Notes: generated by a model not told the origin, from the sequence alone. Numbered from the stretch's first letter, positions 1-9,622 are shown. The stretch: DNA of 32,000 nt from Dickeya dadantii NCPPB 898 (GCF_000406145.1 NZ_CM001976.1:3263206-3295205), one strand, 5' to 3'. A program made the numbers and translations.

Positions 1-100
1 GCTCACCCACGGGAAACTCACGTTCCTGCAACAGCTCCAGCAAAGCGGTGCCGACGGCGCCGGTCGCGCCCAGCAGCGCGATATTCCAGCCATTGGACAT
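1..100 (-). CDS. usg: USG-1 protein (aspartate-semialdehyde dehydrogenase-like), N-terminal fragment; the gene continues past the left window edge
   Basis: The reverse complement of 1-100 reads from ATG (98-100) as [33 protein letters not shown]. This matches the N-terminus of E. coli Usg ([22 protein letters not shown]...) and includes the GATGAVG dinucleotide-binding motif. It lies directly downstream of pdxB, as in E. coli. It is absent from the ORF track because it is truncated. Confidence 0.75.
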   Translation of the reverse strand, partial: MSNGWNIALLGATGAVGTALLELLQEREFPVGE

Positions 101-185
101 GTGATCGTTCTCCCCAACAATAATGAATAAAACACACCGGACGATGATCGCACCGCCCGGATTAATCTGATTTTGATACAGGAAA

Positions 186-1319
186 TTAGTGATCGTTAAC
201 CGACGCGGTAAAACCCAGCCGGTTCAGCCGGTCTGCGCTCTCCCGATCGGCGCAGACGACATGCAGCGATGACCACTCGCGCCGTTCCTGATAGAACTTG
301 CGCAGCCGGTCAAATTCGCCGGACAGGTGCGCCACCTGACGCAGCAGGGCGTCATCGCGGCGCACATCATACACCAGATGCACCAGCCGTTTGAGCTGAT
401 GCTCATCCAGCGGCACGGTCAGGGTTATTTCAGCCAGTTCCGGCACCGGCAGCAGCGACGACAAAGCGACCTGTTGCGGCTGACCGATAAAACGGCTCCA
501 GGCTTCGAACACCTGGGTGGTGCCGCGCGCCTTGCCTTCCAGCGTATAACCGGCGATATGCGCGGTGCCGATGTCGACCCGATCAAGCAATTCGATGGAC
601 AATTCCGGCTCCGGTTCCCACACGTCCAGCACGACGCTGATGTTTTGGCCACCTTGCAACGCCGCCAGCAAAGCGGCGTTATCCACCACCGGACCACGAC
701 AGGCGTTGATCAGAATGGCGCCGTCCTTCAGACGCGCCAGCAACGCGGCATTCACGCTGTGCCAGGTGGCGTAAGGGCCGTCTTTCAGCAGCGGGGTATG
801 AAAGGTCAGCACATCGGCCTGTTCCACTACCTCGTCCAGCGACAGGAACGACCCGCTGTCGCCGCGATCCGCCCGCGGCGGGTCGCACAGCAACGTGCGC
901 ACGCCCAGCGCCGTCAGCCGGTCATTGAGGCGAGAACCCACGTTGCCCACCCCGATAATGCCGACGGTACGATCCGTCAGCGCGAAGCCATCGCGTTCCG
1001 CCAGCATCAGCAGGGCGGAAAACACATACTCCACCACCGCAATCGCGTTGCAACCGGGCGCGGCGGAAAACGCGATCCCCTGTTGGCGCAGGAACGCTTC
1101 ATCGACATGATCCGTGCCCGCCGTCGCCGTACCGACAAATTTCACCGCCTTGCCGGTCAGCAGGTCGGCGTTCACTTTGGTGACCGAGCGCACCATCAAA
1201 GCATCCGCCCCGTTAAGAGCATCCGTCGGAATCGGCCGCCCCGGCACCGCCGTAACCTCGCCCAGACGGCTGAACAGCGTCTGCGCGTAAGGCATATTTT
1301 CATCAACTAGGATTTTCAC
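186..1319 (-). CDS. pdxB: Erythronate-4-phosphate dehydrogenase
   Basis: I trimmed track ORF 186-1400 to the GTG at 1317-1319. The product then begins [31 protein letters not shown], collinear with E. coli PdxB ([12 protein letters not shown]...), and is 377 aa. An NAD-binding GIIGVGNVG motif is present. The 27 codons upstream have no counterpart in the homologue. Confidence 0.93.
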   Translation of the reverse strand: MKILVDENMPYAQTLFSRLGEVTAVPGRPIPTDALNGADALMVRSVTKVNADLLTGKAVKFVGTATAGTDHVDEAFLRQQGIAFSAAPGCNAIAVVEYVFSALLMLAERDGFALTDRTVGIIGVGNVGSRLNDRLTALGVRTLLCDPPRADRGDSGSFLSLDEVVEQADVLTFHTPLLKDGPYATWHSVNAALLARLKDGAILINACRGPVVDNAALLAALQGGQNISVVLDVWEPEPELSIELLDRVDIGTAHIAGYTLEGKARGTTQVFEAWSRFIGQPQQVALSSLLPVPELAEITLTVPLDEHQLKRLVHLVYDVRRDDALLRQVAHLSGEFDRLRKFYQERREWSSLHVVCADRESADRLNRLGFTASVNDH

Positions 1320-1547
1320 GTTGGCTTTCCTGATAGACCGCTGACGACACCCGCGCCGCCGCGATGAAACGAAGGGCATTATTCTGCCACAAACCGGCAA
1401 GCGGGAACACTGACGACGGGTGCGGCGCCGGCCCGTAATCTTGCATGATGCGGGTCGCAGAAACCGTTATCCAGGCGGCAGACGGCTGCTTTGCAAAGAC
1501 GACTGCTTTACGGGCCACGCAGCACATCCTGGTACCACGACGCCTTA

Positions 1548-2939
1548 TCAGGCCGGCGGCTCGCCAAACACGATTCGCACCCGCAGCCCGCCCAGCGTCG
1601 GGCTGTCCAGCAACTGAACCTGGGTACGATGCCAGCGGGCGATATCCCTGACCAGCGCCAGCCCCAATCCGGCGCCCGGCAGACCACCATGATTATCCAG
1701 CCGGTGAAACGGCCTCATCGCCTGCTCGCGCTCGGCCGGCGGGATACCGGGGCCGCTGTCTTCCACGTCCAGTTGTTGCGCCTGCACTCGGGCGGTCACG
1801 ATCCCGCCTGATGGCGTGTATTTCAGCGCATTATCAAGTAAGTTAGCGCACAATTCCGCCAGCAGCAGCGGCTCGCCGCGAATCAGGCAGCGCTCATTGC
1901 CTTCGTAGCCCAGATCGATCCGCCGGCTGCGCGCCAGCGGTAAACGGGAAAAACAGACGTCGCGCACCAGCTCGGCCAAATCCACCGTTTGCCAGGTGTG
2001 CTCTTTGCTGTCCTGCGCCCTCAGCCGCGACAGTTGCAGCAGGCGATCGGTTAACCGGATGGTGCTGTCCAGCGTGGCGCTCATACCGGTCAGGCTATCG
2101 CGCCACTGCGCAGGCTGCGAGCTGTTCAGCGCCACGCCGACCTGGGTCTTCAGCACCGCCAGCGGCGTTCTGAGCTGATGGGCCGCATCCGCGCCAAAAC
2201 GCTCCTGCCGTTGCACCAGTCCGCTGAGCCGCCCGATATAACGGTTGAACGCCACCAGCAACGGCTGCATTTCCGACCAGGGCAATAGCGGCGGCAACGG
2301 CGTCAGATCTCCCGGTTCGCGGCGCGCCATCACGCCGGACAGCTGACGCAGCGGTCGCAACAGTTTGCGGAACAACAGCAGCACCAGCACCAGGGCCAGC
2401 AGAACCAGCGCGCTCTGGCTGAGAGCCGCGGTCAGCAGTTGCCGGTGCGCGAAGGCTTCGCGGGAACTCAGCGTTTCCGCCACCAGAATCAGCACCATGC
2501 CCTCCACGCCGGACTCATGGACCGGCTGCCACAACGCCGCCACCCGGATGGCACTCCCGTGATAGCGGGCGTCATAAAAATGCGCCAGCGCCGGATAATC
2601 ACGGGATAACGGCATGCCGCGGCGCAGCGGCGGCAGGTCGTCATAACCGGAGAGGGTGTTGCCCTGCGGGGTCAGCACCTGATAATAGAGCCGGTCGTTC
2701 ATGTTGCGCTCAAAGCTGTCCAGCACCACCCAGGGCACATCCACCGCCAGTTGCCCGTTGCGCACCGTCAGCCGTTCCGCCACCGTGCGCGCCGAAGCCA
2801 GCAGGGTGCGATCGTAAGCCTGCGTCGCCGCCGCTTTCGCACTGTGATAGTGACTCCAGACCGACAATGCCCACAGCAGCGCCATCGGCACGACGAGATA
2901 CAGCATCAACTGGCCGCGCAGCGAATTAACTTTCAGCAT
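1548..2939 (-). CDS. tctE: Sensor histidine kinase of the tricarboxylate transport two-component system
   Basis: I chose the start at ATG 2937-2939 (MLKVNSLRGQL...). Two hydrophobic segments flank a periplasmic domain. It has an H-box (AAHQLRTPLAVL) and ATPase motifs (LLDNALKYT, DSGPGIP, GLGLALV). The start overlaps the tctD stop by 14 nt. The name is inferred from pairing with tctD and the divergent tctCBA. Confidence 0.8.
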   Translation of the reverse strand: MLKVNSLRGQLMLYLVVPMALLWALSVWSHYHSAKAAATQAYDRTLLASARTVAERLTVRNGQLAVDVPWVVLDSFERNMNDRLYYQVLTPQGNTLSGYDDLPPLRRGMPLSRDYPALAHFYDARYHGSAIRVAALWQPVHESGVEGMVLILVAETLSSREAFAHRQLLTAALSQSALVLLALVLVLLLFRKLLRPLRQLSGVMARREPGDLTPLPPLLPWSEMQPLLVAFNRYIGRLSGLVQRQERFGADAAHQLRTPLAVLKTQVGVALNSSQPAQWRDSLTGMSATLDSTIRLTDRLLQLSRLRAQDSKEHTWQTVDLAELVRDVCFSRLPLARSRRIDLGYEGNERCLIRGEPLLLAELCANLLDNALKYTPSGGIVTARVQAQQLDVEDSGPGIPPAEREQAMRPFHRLDNHGGLPGAGLGLALVRDIARWHRTQVQLLDSPTLGGLRVRIVFGEPPA

Positions 2940-3600
2940 GCTGACATTCCAGGCTATATCCCAACCCACGCAGCGTGACGATCATCACATCGCTACCCAC
3001 CAGTTTTTTGCGAATACGGTGCACGTACAAATCCAGACTGTCCGGGCTGGCGTCGTCCGTCAGGGTAAACACCTGCTCATACAGATACTGCCGCGACACC
3101 GGGCGGCCGCGACGCTGCATCAGCGTATGCAGCACCGCCTGCTCCCGCGGCGTCAACGCCAGCGGTTTTTCCTGCAGCAGAAAATAGCCCTCATCGTGCC
3201 AGCAGAGATCGCCCAACCGCTGCACTTCCTGTATCTGCCCCTGACTGCGCCGCAGCAGCGCGCGCAACCGCGCTTCCAGCTCGGCCAGTTCAAACGGCTT
3301 GGTAAGGTAATCATCCGCGCCCAGATTAAGCCCCCTGACCCGATCCGCCACGCTGGCGCGGGCCGTCAGCAGCAGCACCGGCAGATTCTGGCCGCGCTTA
3401 CGCAACCGCGCCAGCAGCGCCAGGCCGTCCATACGCGGCAATGACACATCCAGCACCACCAGTGCATAGCTTTCCTGCAGCAACAGTTGGTCCGCCGCCA
3501 CGCCATCGCCGACCCGATCCACCGCGAATCCCGCCTCGCTCAGGGCTTTTTCCAGCCAGTGAGCCAGTTCAGGATGATCCTCAACCAGTAACAGTCGCAT
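2926..3600 (-). CDS. tctD: OmpR/PhoB-family response regulator of tricarboxylate transport
   Basis: The 224 aa product has a receiver domain (MRLLLVEDHPEL, VVLDVSLPRMDG, DDYLTKPF) and a winged-helix domain (LTPREQAVL, VHRIRKKL, LRGLGYSL). It is divergent from tctCBA, which is the Salmonella arrangement. Confidence 0.85.
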   Translation of the reverse strand: MRLLLVEDHPELAHWLEKALSEAGFAVDRVGDGVAADQLLLQESYALVVLDVSLPRMDGLALLARLRKRGQNLPVLLLTARASVADRVRGLNLGADDYLTKPFELAELEARLRALLRRSQGQIQEVQRLGDLCWHDEGYFLLQEKPLALTPREQAVLHTLMQRRGRPVSRQYLYEQVFTLTDDASPDSLDLYVHRIRKKLVGSDVMIVTLRGLGYSLECQHAES

Positions 3601-3722
3601 CGCCGCCAGCCTGCCTCCACATTGCCTTTCTCCTTCCGGTACCTGCCTGACGGTTATTGTCCCTCAGGAATGGTCGGTTTTTTAAGCGACGCCAATCACA
3701 TCCTGAACACATTTTCAATAAC

Positions 3723-3744
3723 CGAAAGGTAACTGAAAGGTTAC
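3723..3744 (+). promoter_or_regulatory. Tandem 11-bp direct repeat, candidate TctD (OmpR-family) binding box upstream of tctC
   Basis: CGAAAGGTAAC (3723-3733) is followed directly by TGAAAGGTTAC (3734-3744), a 9/11 match with an 11-bp period of about one helical turn. The repeat lies about 60 bp upstream of the tctC start in the tctD/tctC divergent region. OmpR/PhoB regulators typically bind such direct repeats. Confidence 0.4.
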
Positions 3745-3802
3745 ATCATTAACAATCCAACAACACTCCCGTTTTGGGAACGACAAACAGGAAGGAATGA
3801 CA

Positions 3803-4780
3803 ATGAAAAAATACCTCGCCCTTTCCCTGACGTTGTGCGGATTGTTTACCAGCGTGCCCCCCACCCAGGCCGCCGCGCCGACCCGAACCGAATGCATCGC
3901 CCCGGCCAAGCCGGGCGGCGGTTTCGATCTAACCTGTAAATTGCTGCAAATATCGCTGCAGGAAACCGGCACCCTCGATAGCCCGATGCGCGTCACCTAC
4001 ATGCCCGGCGGCGTGGGCGCGGTCGCTTACAACGCCATCGTGGCGCAACGCCCGGACGAACCCGGCACCGTGGTCGCCTTTTCCGGCGGCTCGCTGCTCA
4101 ACCTGGCGCAGGGAAAATTCGGGCGCTACGGCGTGGACGACGTGAAATGGCTGGCGGCGGTCGGCACCGACTACGGCATGATCGCGGTGCGGGCTGACGC
4201 CCCTTACCAGACGCTGAAAGATCTGCTCGCCGCCATGCAGAAAAACCCTAATCAGGTGGTGGTCGGCGCCGGCGCATCCATCGGCAGCCAGGACTGGATG
4301 AAAACCGCGATGCTGGCGCGCCACGCCGGGATCAGCCCGCGCGACATGCGCTACGTCGCGTTCGAAGGCGGCGGCGAACCGCTGACCGCCATGCTGGGCG
4401 GGCATGTACAGGCGGTTTCCGGCGATATCAGCGAAATGGTGCCGCATCTGCAAGGCGGTAAAATTCGGGTGCTGGCGGTGTTTTCCGAGCAACGTCTGCC
4501 GGGACAACTGGCCGACGTCCCTACCGCCAAAGAGCAGGGATACGATTTGGTGTGGCCGATCATCCGCGGTTTTTATCTCGGCCCCAAAGTCAGCGACGCC
4601 AGTTACCAATGGTGGGAGCAGGCGTTTAAGCACATCGCCGCCACCGACGAATTCAAAAAACAGCGCGACCTGCGCGGCCTGTTCGAATTCAACCTGACCG
4701 GACAGGCACTGGATGCGTACGTCAAAAAGCAGGTCGCGGATTACCGCGAACAGGCAAAGCTGTTTGGGCTGGCTAAATAA
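3803..4780 (+). CDS. tctC: Periplasmic tricarboxylate-binding protein (Bug/TctC family)
   Basis: The track ORF starts at 3797. I prefer the second ATG at 3803 because the SD AGGAAGGA (3789-3796) abuts the first ATG. The product MKKYLALSLTLCGLFTSVPPTQA has a signal peptide, followed by ECIAPAKPGGGFDLTCK, which is typical of TctC. It is followed by tctB and tctA. Confidence 0.88.
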   Translation: MKKYLALSLTLCGLFTSVPPTQAAAPTRTECIAPAKPGGGFDLTCKLLQISLQETGTLDSPMRVTYMPGGVGAVAYNAIVAQRPDEPGTVVAFSGGSLLNLAQGKFGRYGVDDVKWLAAVGTDYGMIAVRADAPYQTLKDLLAAMQKNPNQVVVGAGASIGSQDWMKTAMLARHAGISPRDMRYVAFEGGGEPLTAMLGGHVQAVSGDISEMVPHLQGGKIRVLAVFSEQRLPGQLADVPTAKEQGYDLVWPIIRGFYLGPKVSDASYQWWEQAFKHIAATDEFKKQRDLRGLFEFNLTGQALDAYVKKQVADYREQAKLFGLAK

Positions 4781-4795
4781 AAGGAGGAACACATC

Positions 4796-5224
4796 ATGAG
4801 CGATCGTCTGTTTGCCGGAGTCTGGCTGGCGCTGTGCCTCATCGGCCTGGTTATCGGCTGGGAGATCCAAAGTGAATACAGTTACGAACCGGTCGGCCCG
4901 CGCCCGTTTCCCATCGCCATTCTGGGGCTGATGGCGTTATGCGCTGCGCTGATGCTGCTGCGTAAACCGGATATCCTCGTCTGGCCGTCGCCGCCGGTCC
5001 GCCAGCGCTTGCTGCTGTTGGTCATCATGCTGGCGCTGTACGCCTGGTTGTTTGAGCCGCTGGGCTTCCCGCTGACCACCGCTCTATTGGGCTGCGGCAT
5101 CGGCATGCTGTTCGGCGCGGTGTGGTGGATGGCGGCGTTGTCCGGCGCGGTGATGGGCGTATCGCTGTTTTATGCCTTCGATAAACTGCTCGACGTCACG
5201 CTGCCGGCCGGCGCGTGGTTCTAA
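4796..5224 (+). CDS. tctB: Small membrane subunit of the tripartite tricarboxylate transporter
   Basis: The 142 aa product has four hydrophobic segments. It sits between tctC and tctA with 15-nt gaps, and its size and position match TctB. Confidence 0.8.
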   Translation: MSDRLFAGVWLALCLIGLVIGWEIQSEYSYEPVGPRPFPIAILGLMALCAALMLLRKPDILVWPSPPVRQRLLLLVIMLALYAWLFEPLGFPLTTALLGCGIGMLFGAVWWMAALSGAVMGVSLFYAFDKLLDVTLPAGAWF

Positions 5225-5239
5225 CCGGGAGACAATCTC

Positions 5240-6757
5240 ATGGATACCTGGTCTTTTCTGATGCAGGGTTTTGCGGTAGCAATGACGCCGCAAAACCTGA
5301 TGATCGCGCTGATCGGTTGTTTTATCGGCACCATTGTCGGGCTGTTGCCCGGTCTTGGCCCGATCAACGGCGTGGCGATTCTGATGCCGCTGGCTTTCGC
5401 GCTCAAATTGCCGGCGGAATCCGCGCTGATTCTGCTCGCCACCGTTTATCTCGGTTGTGAATACGGCGGACGCATCTCCTCCATTTTGCTCAATGTGCCG
5501 GGGGACGCCGGCGCTATCATGACCGCGATTGACGGCTATCCGATGGCGCAGCAGGGCAAAGCGGGCGTGGCGCTGTCCATTTCCGCCGTCAGCTCGTTCG
5601 TCGGCTCCAGCATCGCCATCGTCGGCATTATTCTGTTTGCGCCCTTGCTGGCCGACTGGTCGCTGGCGTTTGGGCCCGCCGAGTACTTTGCCCTGATGGT
5701 GTTCGCCATCGCCTGTCTCGGCAGCATGATGAGCCACAACCCGCTGAAATCCTTTCTGGCGGCGCTGATTGGGTTGTCGATGGCCACCGTCGGCGTGGAC
5801 GCCAATACCGGCGTCTATCGTTTCACCTTCGACAGTGTTCATCTATCTGACGGCATCCAGTTCGTGGTAGTGGTGATCGGCCTGTTTTCCGTCAGCGAAA
5901 TTCTGCTGATGCTGGAGCAAACCGGCGGCGGACAAAAGTTGGTCAAAACCACCGGGCGTATGCTGTTCAACGCCCGCGAAGGCATGCAGTGCGTCGGGGC
6001 GACGTTGCGCGCGTCGCTGCTGGGGTTCTTTGTCGGAATTCTGCCGGGCGCCGGCGCCACCATCGCCAGCGCGATGGCCTGGATGACGGAGAAGAAGCTC
6101 AGCGGCAACAGCGACAGCTTCGGCAAAGGCGACATTCGCGGCGTGGCGGCGCCGGAAGCGGCCAATAACGCCTCGGCCTGCGGCTCGTTCATTCCGATGC
6201 TGACGCTGGGCGTTCCCGGCTCCGGCACCACCGCCGTGATGATGGGCGCGCTGACGCTGTACAACATCACGCCGGGTCCGGCCATGTTTACCGAGCAGCC
6301 CGATATCGTCTGGGGCCTGATCGCCGCCATGCTGATCGGCAACCTGATGCTGTTACTGCTCAATCTCCCGATGATTGGCCTGTTCACCCGCATGCTGGCG
6401 ATCCCGATGTGGTTTCTGGTGCCGGCGATTGCCGCTATTTCCGCCGTCGGCGTCTACGCGGTGCACAGCACGACTTTCGACCTGCTGCTGATGGTCGGGC
6501 TGGGGGTGTTCGGTTACCTGTTGCGCAAAATGAACTTTCCCATGTCGCCGCTGATTCTGGGTTTTGTGCTGGGGGAAATGCTGGAACAGAACCTGCGCCG
6601 CGCGTTGTCCATCAGTAACGGCGGGTTATCCATCCTATGGGAAGGCCATATCAGCCAGACATTGCTGGGGATGGCGGTGCTGATTCTGCTGGCGCCGCCG
6701 GTTTTGAAATATTGGCGCCGCCGTCGTACCCAGCTCCGGTCCGTCCCCCGCACGTAG
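5240..6757 (+). CDS. tctA: Large membrane subunit of the tripartite tricarboxylate transporter
   Basis: The 505 aa polytopic membrane protein has an N-terminus (LMQGFAVAMTPQNLMIALIGCFIGTIVGLLPGLGP) and a length typical of the TctA family. Confidence 0.88.
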   Translation: MDTWSFLMQGFAVAMTPQNLMIALIGCFIGTIVGLLPGLGPINGVAILMPLAFALKLPAESALILLATVYLGCEYGGRISSILLNVPGDAGAIMTAIDGYPMAQQGKAGVALSISAVSSFVGSSIAIVGIILFAPLLADWSLAFGPAEYFALMVFAIACLGSMMSHNPLKSFLAALIGLSMATVGVDANTGVYRFTFDSVHLSDGIQFVVVVIGLFSVSEILLMLEQTGGGQKLVKTTGRMLFNAREGMQCVGATLRASLLGFFVGILPGAGATIASAMAWMTEKKLSGNSDSFGKGDIRGVAAPEAANNASACGSFIPMLTLGVPGSGTTAVMMGALTLYNITPGPAMFTEQPDIVWGLIAAMLIGNLMLLLLNLPMIGLFTRMLAIPMWFLVPAIAAISAVGVYAVHSTTFDLLLMVGLGVFGYLLRKMNFPMSPLILGFVLGEMLEQNLRRALSISNGGLSILWEGHISQTLLGMAVLILLAPPVLKYWRRRRTQLRSVPRT

Positions 6758-6775
6758 CCTCAGCGCCAACCACAT

Positions 6776-6815
6776 AAAGCGAGCGCCGCGGATTGTTTCA
6801 TCCGCGCGCCGCTTT
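6776..6815 (+). terminator. GC-rich hairpin downstream of tctA, possible terminator
   Basis: AAAGCGAGCGCCGCGGA-TTGTTTCA-TCCGCGCGCCGCTTT pairs for about 15 bp with two single-base bulges. Only a short TTT tract follows, so it is not a textbook intrinsic terminator. Confidence 0.4.
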
Positions 6816-7028
6816 GCCCGCCGGGAGCAGTGTTCTTCACGCCAGCCATGCGTTTTCTCGCCTGTTTGCCTCGCTTAACGGAATTTTAACCTGTTCATAC
6901 CCGACGACTATCGGTAGTACCGCGCCGTTGTTATGATGACGCCAGTTATACTGATGATAAATATGATGGCGATAACGTCATCGGGCTGATGCGAAATCCC
7001 GTCGAGCGTCTACGGTAAGGATCACACC

Positions 7029-8246
7029 ATGCAACCGATCAGTAACCCCGGTAATGTTTCCCTGCAGGGAGAAAAACCGCTGGAAACCGCGTTGTCGAAA
7101 ACGGCGACGTCCCAGACGGACGATTTACCATTGACGCTGGCGCAGCGCACCACGCTGGAAAAGCTGGTGACGCAGATTTCCACCCTGAGCGGCGCCAAGC
7201 CGGCGGAAATCTGGGCAACCGTGCGCGCTGAACTGGGGACGAAAAATAACGCGGAACTGCTCGCCAGCCAGTTTCCGGCGGCCGAGCAGAGTTTGCAAAA
7301 CCGGCTGACGACCGTACAGGGCTCGCAGGATAGCCGCCAGTTACTGCAACAGCTAACCAACCTGCTGTCGCAGGGGAATAACCGTCAGGCCGTCAGCGAT
7401 TTCATCCGCCAGCAGTTCGGCCATACCGTGCTGAGTTCGCTGACGCCGTCGCAGCTAAAGCTGGTGGTGACGCTGCTGCAAAACGGTCAGTTGCCGCAGG
7501 CCGCTACGCTGTTGTCCACGGGTAATACCTCGGCGTTGCCGTTCGGCACTACCGCGACAGGGCAGCCGATCCAGTTTCCCCAGACACCAACCGCCACCAC
7601 CATACCGCCGCCGCTGCCGCAAACGTCTCAGCAACTGGCGGCTCTGCTGCAAGCCGGCGTCGTTCCTGACGGACTCACCGCCAATTCATCGCCGGCGGCG
7701 ACCGCACTGCTGGACCGCGCGCTGCTGCCCGCGGAACACAACCAGCTCAACCAGTTAGTAGCAAAACTGGTGGCGCTGAGCGGCGAATCACCGGGCAAAG
7801 TCTGGCAAACGCTGATGGAGATGCAGGGATTGAAAACCGGCGACCCGATTCCGGCAAAGAACTTTCAGGTGTTAAGCCAGTTCCTCAATACCCAAAGCGT
7901 TTTGTTGCAGCAGCATACCCTGCCCACCTTGCATACGCTGCAGGCGGCGCTGAAACAGCCGCTCGATCAGCAGGAGCAACAACTGTTGCAGGACTTCACC
8001 CGCAACACCCTGAATATCACACCGCAAACGCCGCTCACCCCTTCGCAAATCAGCGAGGTGGTGACCTTCCTGTACCGCCGGCGACTCCAGCAGATACAGG
8101 AGGCTTCCGTCACGCCGCTACAGCCGTTTATCAACCCGTTAATCGTAGCCTTGCCGCAGGAATGGCGGACGCTGGTCAATAAACCTATCGGGCTGGCGCT
8201 GGTGGCGCTCCTGGTGGTGGCCTTGCTGATGTGGATAGTACTGTAA
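7029..8246 (+). CDS. flk: Flagellar regulator Flk (C-terminally membrane-anchored)
   Basis: The 405 aa product begins MQPIS..., and several segments match my memory of Salmonella/E. coli Flk: QFPAAEQSLQNRL, GNNRQAVSDFIRQQFG, and LLPAEHNQLNQLVAKL...SPGKVWQ. A single C-terminal TM anchor is present (IGLALVALLVVALLMWIVL). Its position next to fabB is as in E. coli. Confidence 0.8.
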   Translation: MQPISNPGNVSLQGEKPLETALSKTATSQTDDLPLTLAQRTTLEKLVTQISTLSGAKPAEIWATVRAELGTKNNAELLASQFPAAEQSLQNRLTTVQGSQDSRQLLQQLTNLLSQGNNRQAVSDFIRQQFGHTVLSSLTPSQLKLVVTLLQNGQLPQAATLLSTGNTSALPFGTTATGQPIQFPQTPTATTIPPPLPQTSQQLAALLQAGVVPDGLTANSSPAATALLDRALLPAEHNQLNQLVAKLVALSGESPGKVWQTLMEMQGLKTGDPIPAKNFQVLSQFLNTQSVLLQQHTLPTLHTLQAALKQPLDQQEQQLLQDFTRNTLNITPQTPLTPSQISEVVTFLYRRRLQQIQEASVTPLQPFINPLIVALPQEWRTLVNKPIGLALVALLVVALLMWIVL

Positions 8247-8304
8247 TGCGGGAATGACGAGAGCACAGCAGAGAAAAATGGGTTAACGGCAACGATCGTC
8301 AGAC

Positions 8305-8336
8305 AAAAAAATACCGGGCAAGCCCGGTATTCTTCT
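8305..8336. terminator. Bidirectional intrinsic terminator between the convergent genes flk and fabB
   Basis: An A7 run is followed by the stem ATACCGGG (8311-8318), the loop CAAG, the stem CCCGGTAT (8323-8330) and then TCTTCT. On the fabB strand the A-run reads as a U-tract. Confidence 0.7.
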
Positions 8337-8355
8337 GCATGATTACCGATTACTG

Positions 8356-9576
8356 TTACTGCGCGTATTTGCGCATCACCAGCACGGCGTTAGTGCCGCC
8401 GAATCCGAAACCGTTGGACATCACGGTAGTCAGGTTACGTTCGGTCGGCTCAGTGACGACGTTCATGCCCTGCGCCTGCTCGTCCAGCGTTTCAACGTTG
8501 ATGCTCGGTGCGATGAAACCGTGCTCCAGCATCAGCAGCGTATAAATGGCTTCCTGCACGCCCGCGGCACCCAGCGAATGGCCGGTCATGGCTTTGGTGG
8601 AAGAGATCGGCGGAACCTTGTCGCCGAAAACCTGACGAATCGCCCACAGTTCTTTCACATCGCCCACCGGCGTTGAGGTACCGTGAGTATTGATGTAGTC
8701 CACCGGGGTATCGACATCCTGCAGCGCCAGCTTCATGCAGCGCACCGCGCCTTCGCCTGACGGTGCCACCATGTCGGCGCCATCGGACGTCGCGCCATAG
8801 CCAACCACTTCGGCATAGATATGGGCGCCGCGCGCCAGCGCGTGCTCCAGCTCTTCCACGACCACCATGCCGCCGCCGCCGGCGATGACAAAACCGTCGC
8901 GATCCGCGTCATAGGTACGGGAAGCGCGTTCCGGCGTTTCGTTGTATTTGGTGGACAGCGCGCCCATGGCGTCGAATTCGCACGCCAGTTCCCAGCACAG
9001 CTCTTCGCCGCCGCCGGCGAACACGATGTCCTGTTTGCCCATCTGAATCTGCTCGACCGCGTTGCCGATACAGTGCGCGGACGTGGCGCAAGCGGAGCTG
9101 ATGGAGTAGTTCACGCCGTGGATTTTAAACGGCGTCGCCAGACAAGCGGATACGCCGGAGGCCATCGCCTTGGTCACCACATAGGGGCCGACCGCTTTCA
9201 GGCCGCGCGGGCTGCGCATGGCGTCAGCACCGAATACCTGGAAACGCGGGGAACCGCCGCCGGAGCCAACGATCAACCCTACACGCGGATTGTTCTGGTA
9301 GGCCTCTTCGGCCAGACCGGAATCCTTGACGGCTTCTTCCATACACAGGTAAGCGTAAATAGAGGCATCGCTCATGAAACGTACAACTTTACGTTCAATC
9401 AGACCTGCCGTATCCAGCTTGACGTTACCCCAGACGTGACTACGCATGCCTGAATCTTTCAGCTCTTCGGAGAAAGTGATGCCGGAACGGCCTTCACGCA
9501 GGGATGCCAGCACTTCTTCTTTGTTATTACCGATACTGGACAGTATCCCCAGACCCGTAATCACCGCACGTTTCAT
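8356..9576 (-). CDS. fabB: 3-oxoacyl-ACP synthase I
   Basis: The 406 aa product is near-collinear with E. coli FabB ([51 protein letters not shown]). The active-site context [14 protein letters not shown] is present. Confidence 0.97.
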   Translation of the reverse strand: MKRAVITGLGILSSIGNNKEEVLASLREGRSGITFSEELKDSGMRSHVWGNVKLDTAGLIERKVVRFMSDASIYAYLCMEEAVKDSGLAEEAYQNNPRVGLIVGSGGGSPRFQVFGADAMRSPRGLKAVGPYVVTKAMASGVSACLATPFKIHGVNYSISSACATSAHCIGNAVEQIQMGKQDIVFAGGGEELCWELACEFDAMGALSTKYNETPERASRTYDADRDGFVIAGGGGMVVVEELEHALARGAHIYAEVVGYGATSDGADMVAPSGEGAVRCMKLALQDVDTPVDYINTHGTSTPVGDVKELWAIRQVFGDKVPPISSTKAMTGHSLGAAGVQEAIYTLLMLEHGFIAPSINVETLDEQAQGMNVVTEPTERNLTTVMSNGFGFGGTNAVLVMRKYAQ

Positions 9577-9622
9577 TCAATACCTCTTCCGCTTGTAGAG
9601 TTTGGATTTAGCTCCGCACTTT

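Noticed and set aside
327-1310. A 327-aa plus-strand ORF inside pdxB, together with similar long antisense ORFs at 2938-3444, 3929-4870, 5084-5842, 8821-9453, 11049-11501, 16348-17121, 26213-26947, 27634-28122, 30010-30399 and 30796-31182.
   Set aside because: I checked each one and all share the codon register (same coordinate mod 3) of the well-supported gene on the opposite strand. They are explained by avoidance of TTA/CTA/TCA codons in the sense genes, and none shows a recognisable protein motif. The remaining shorter overlapping ORFs in the track were also judged spurious because they overlap confident genes.
1320-1400. Upstream extensions of pdxB (27 codons) and, similarly, of fadJ (27635-27682, 16 codons) and fadL (29881-29907, TTG start).
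   Set aside because: Homologue N-termini, SD positions and the fadI/fadJ ATGA coupling all support the shorter starts.
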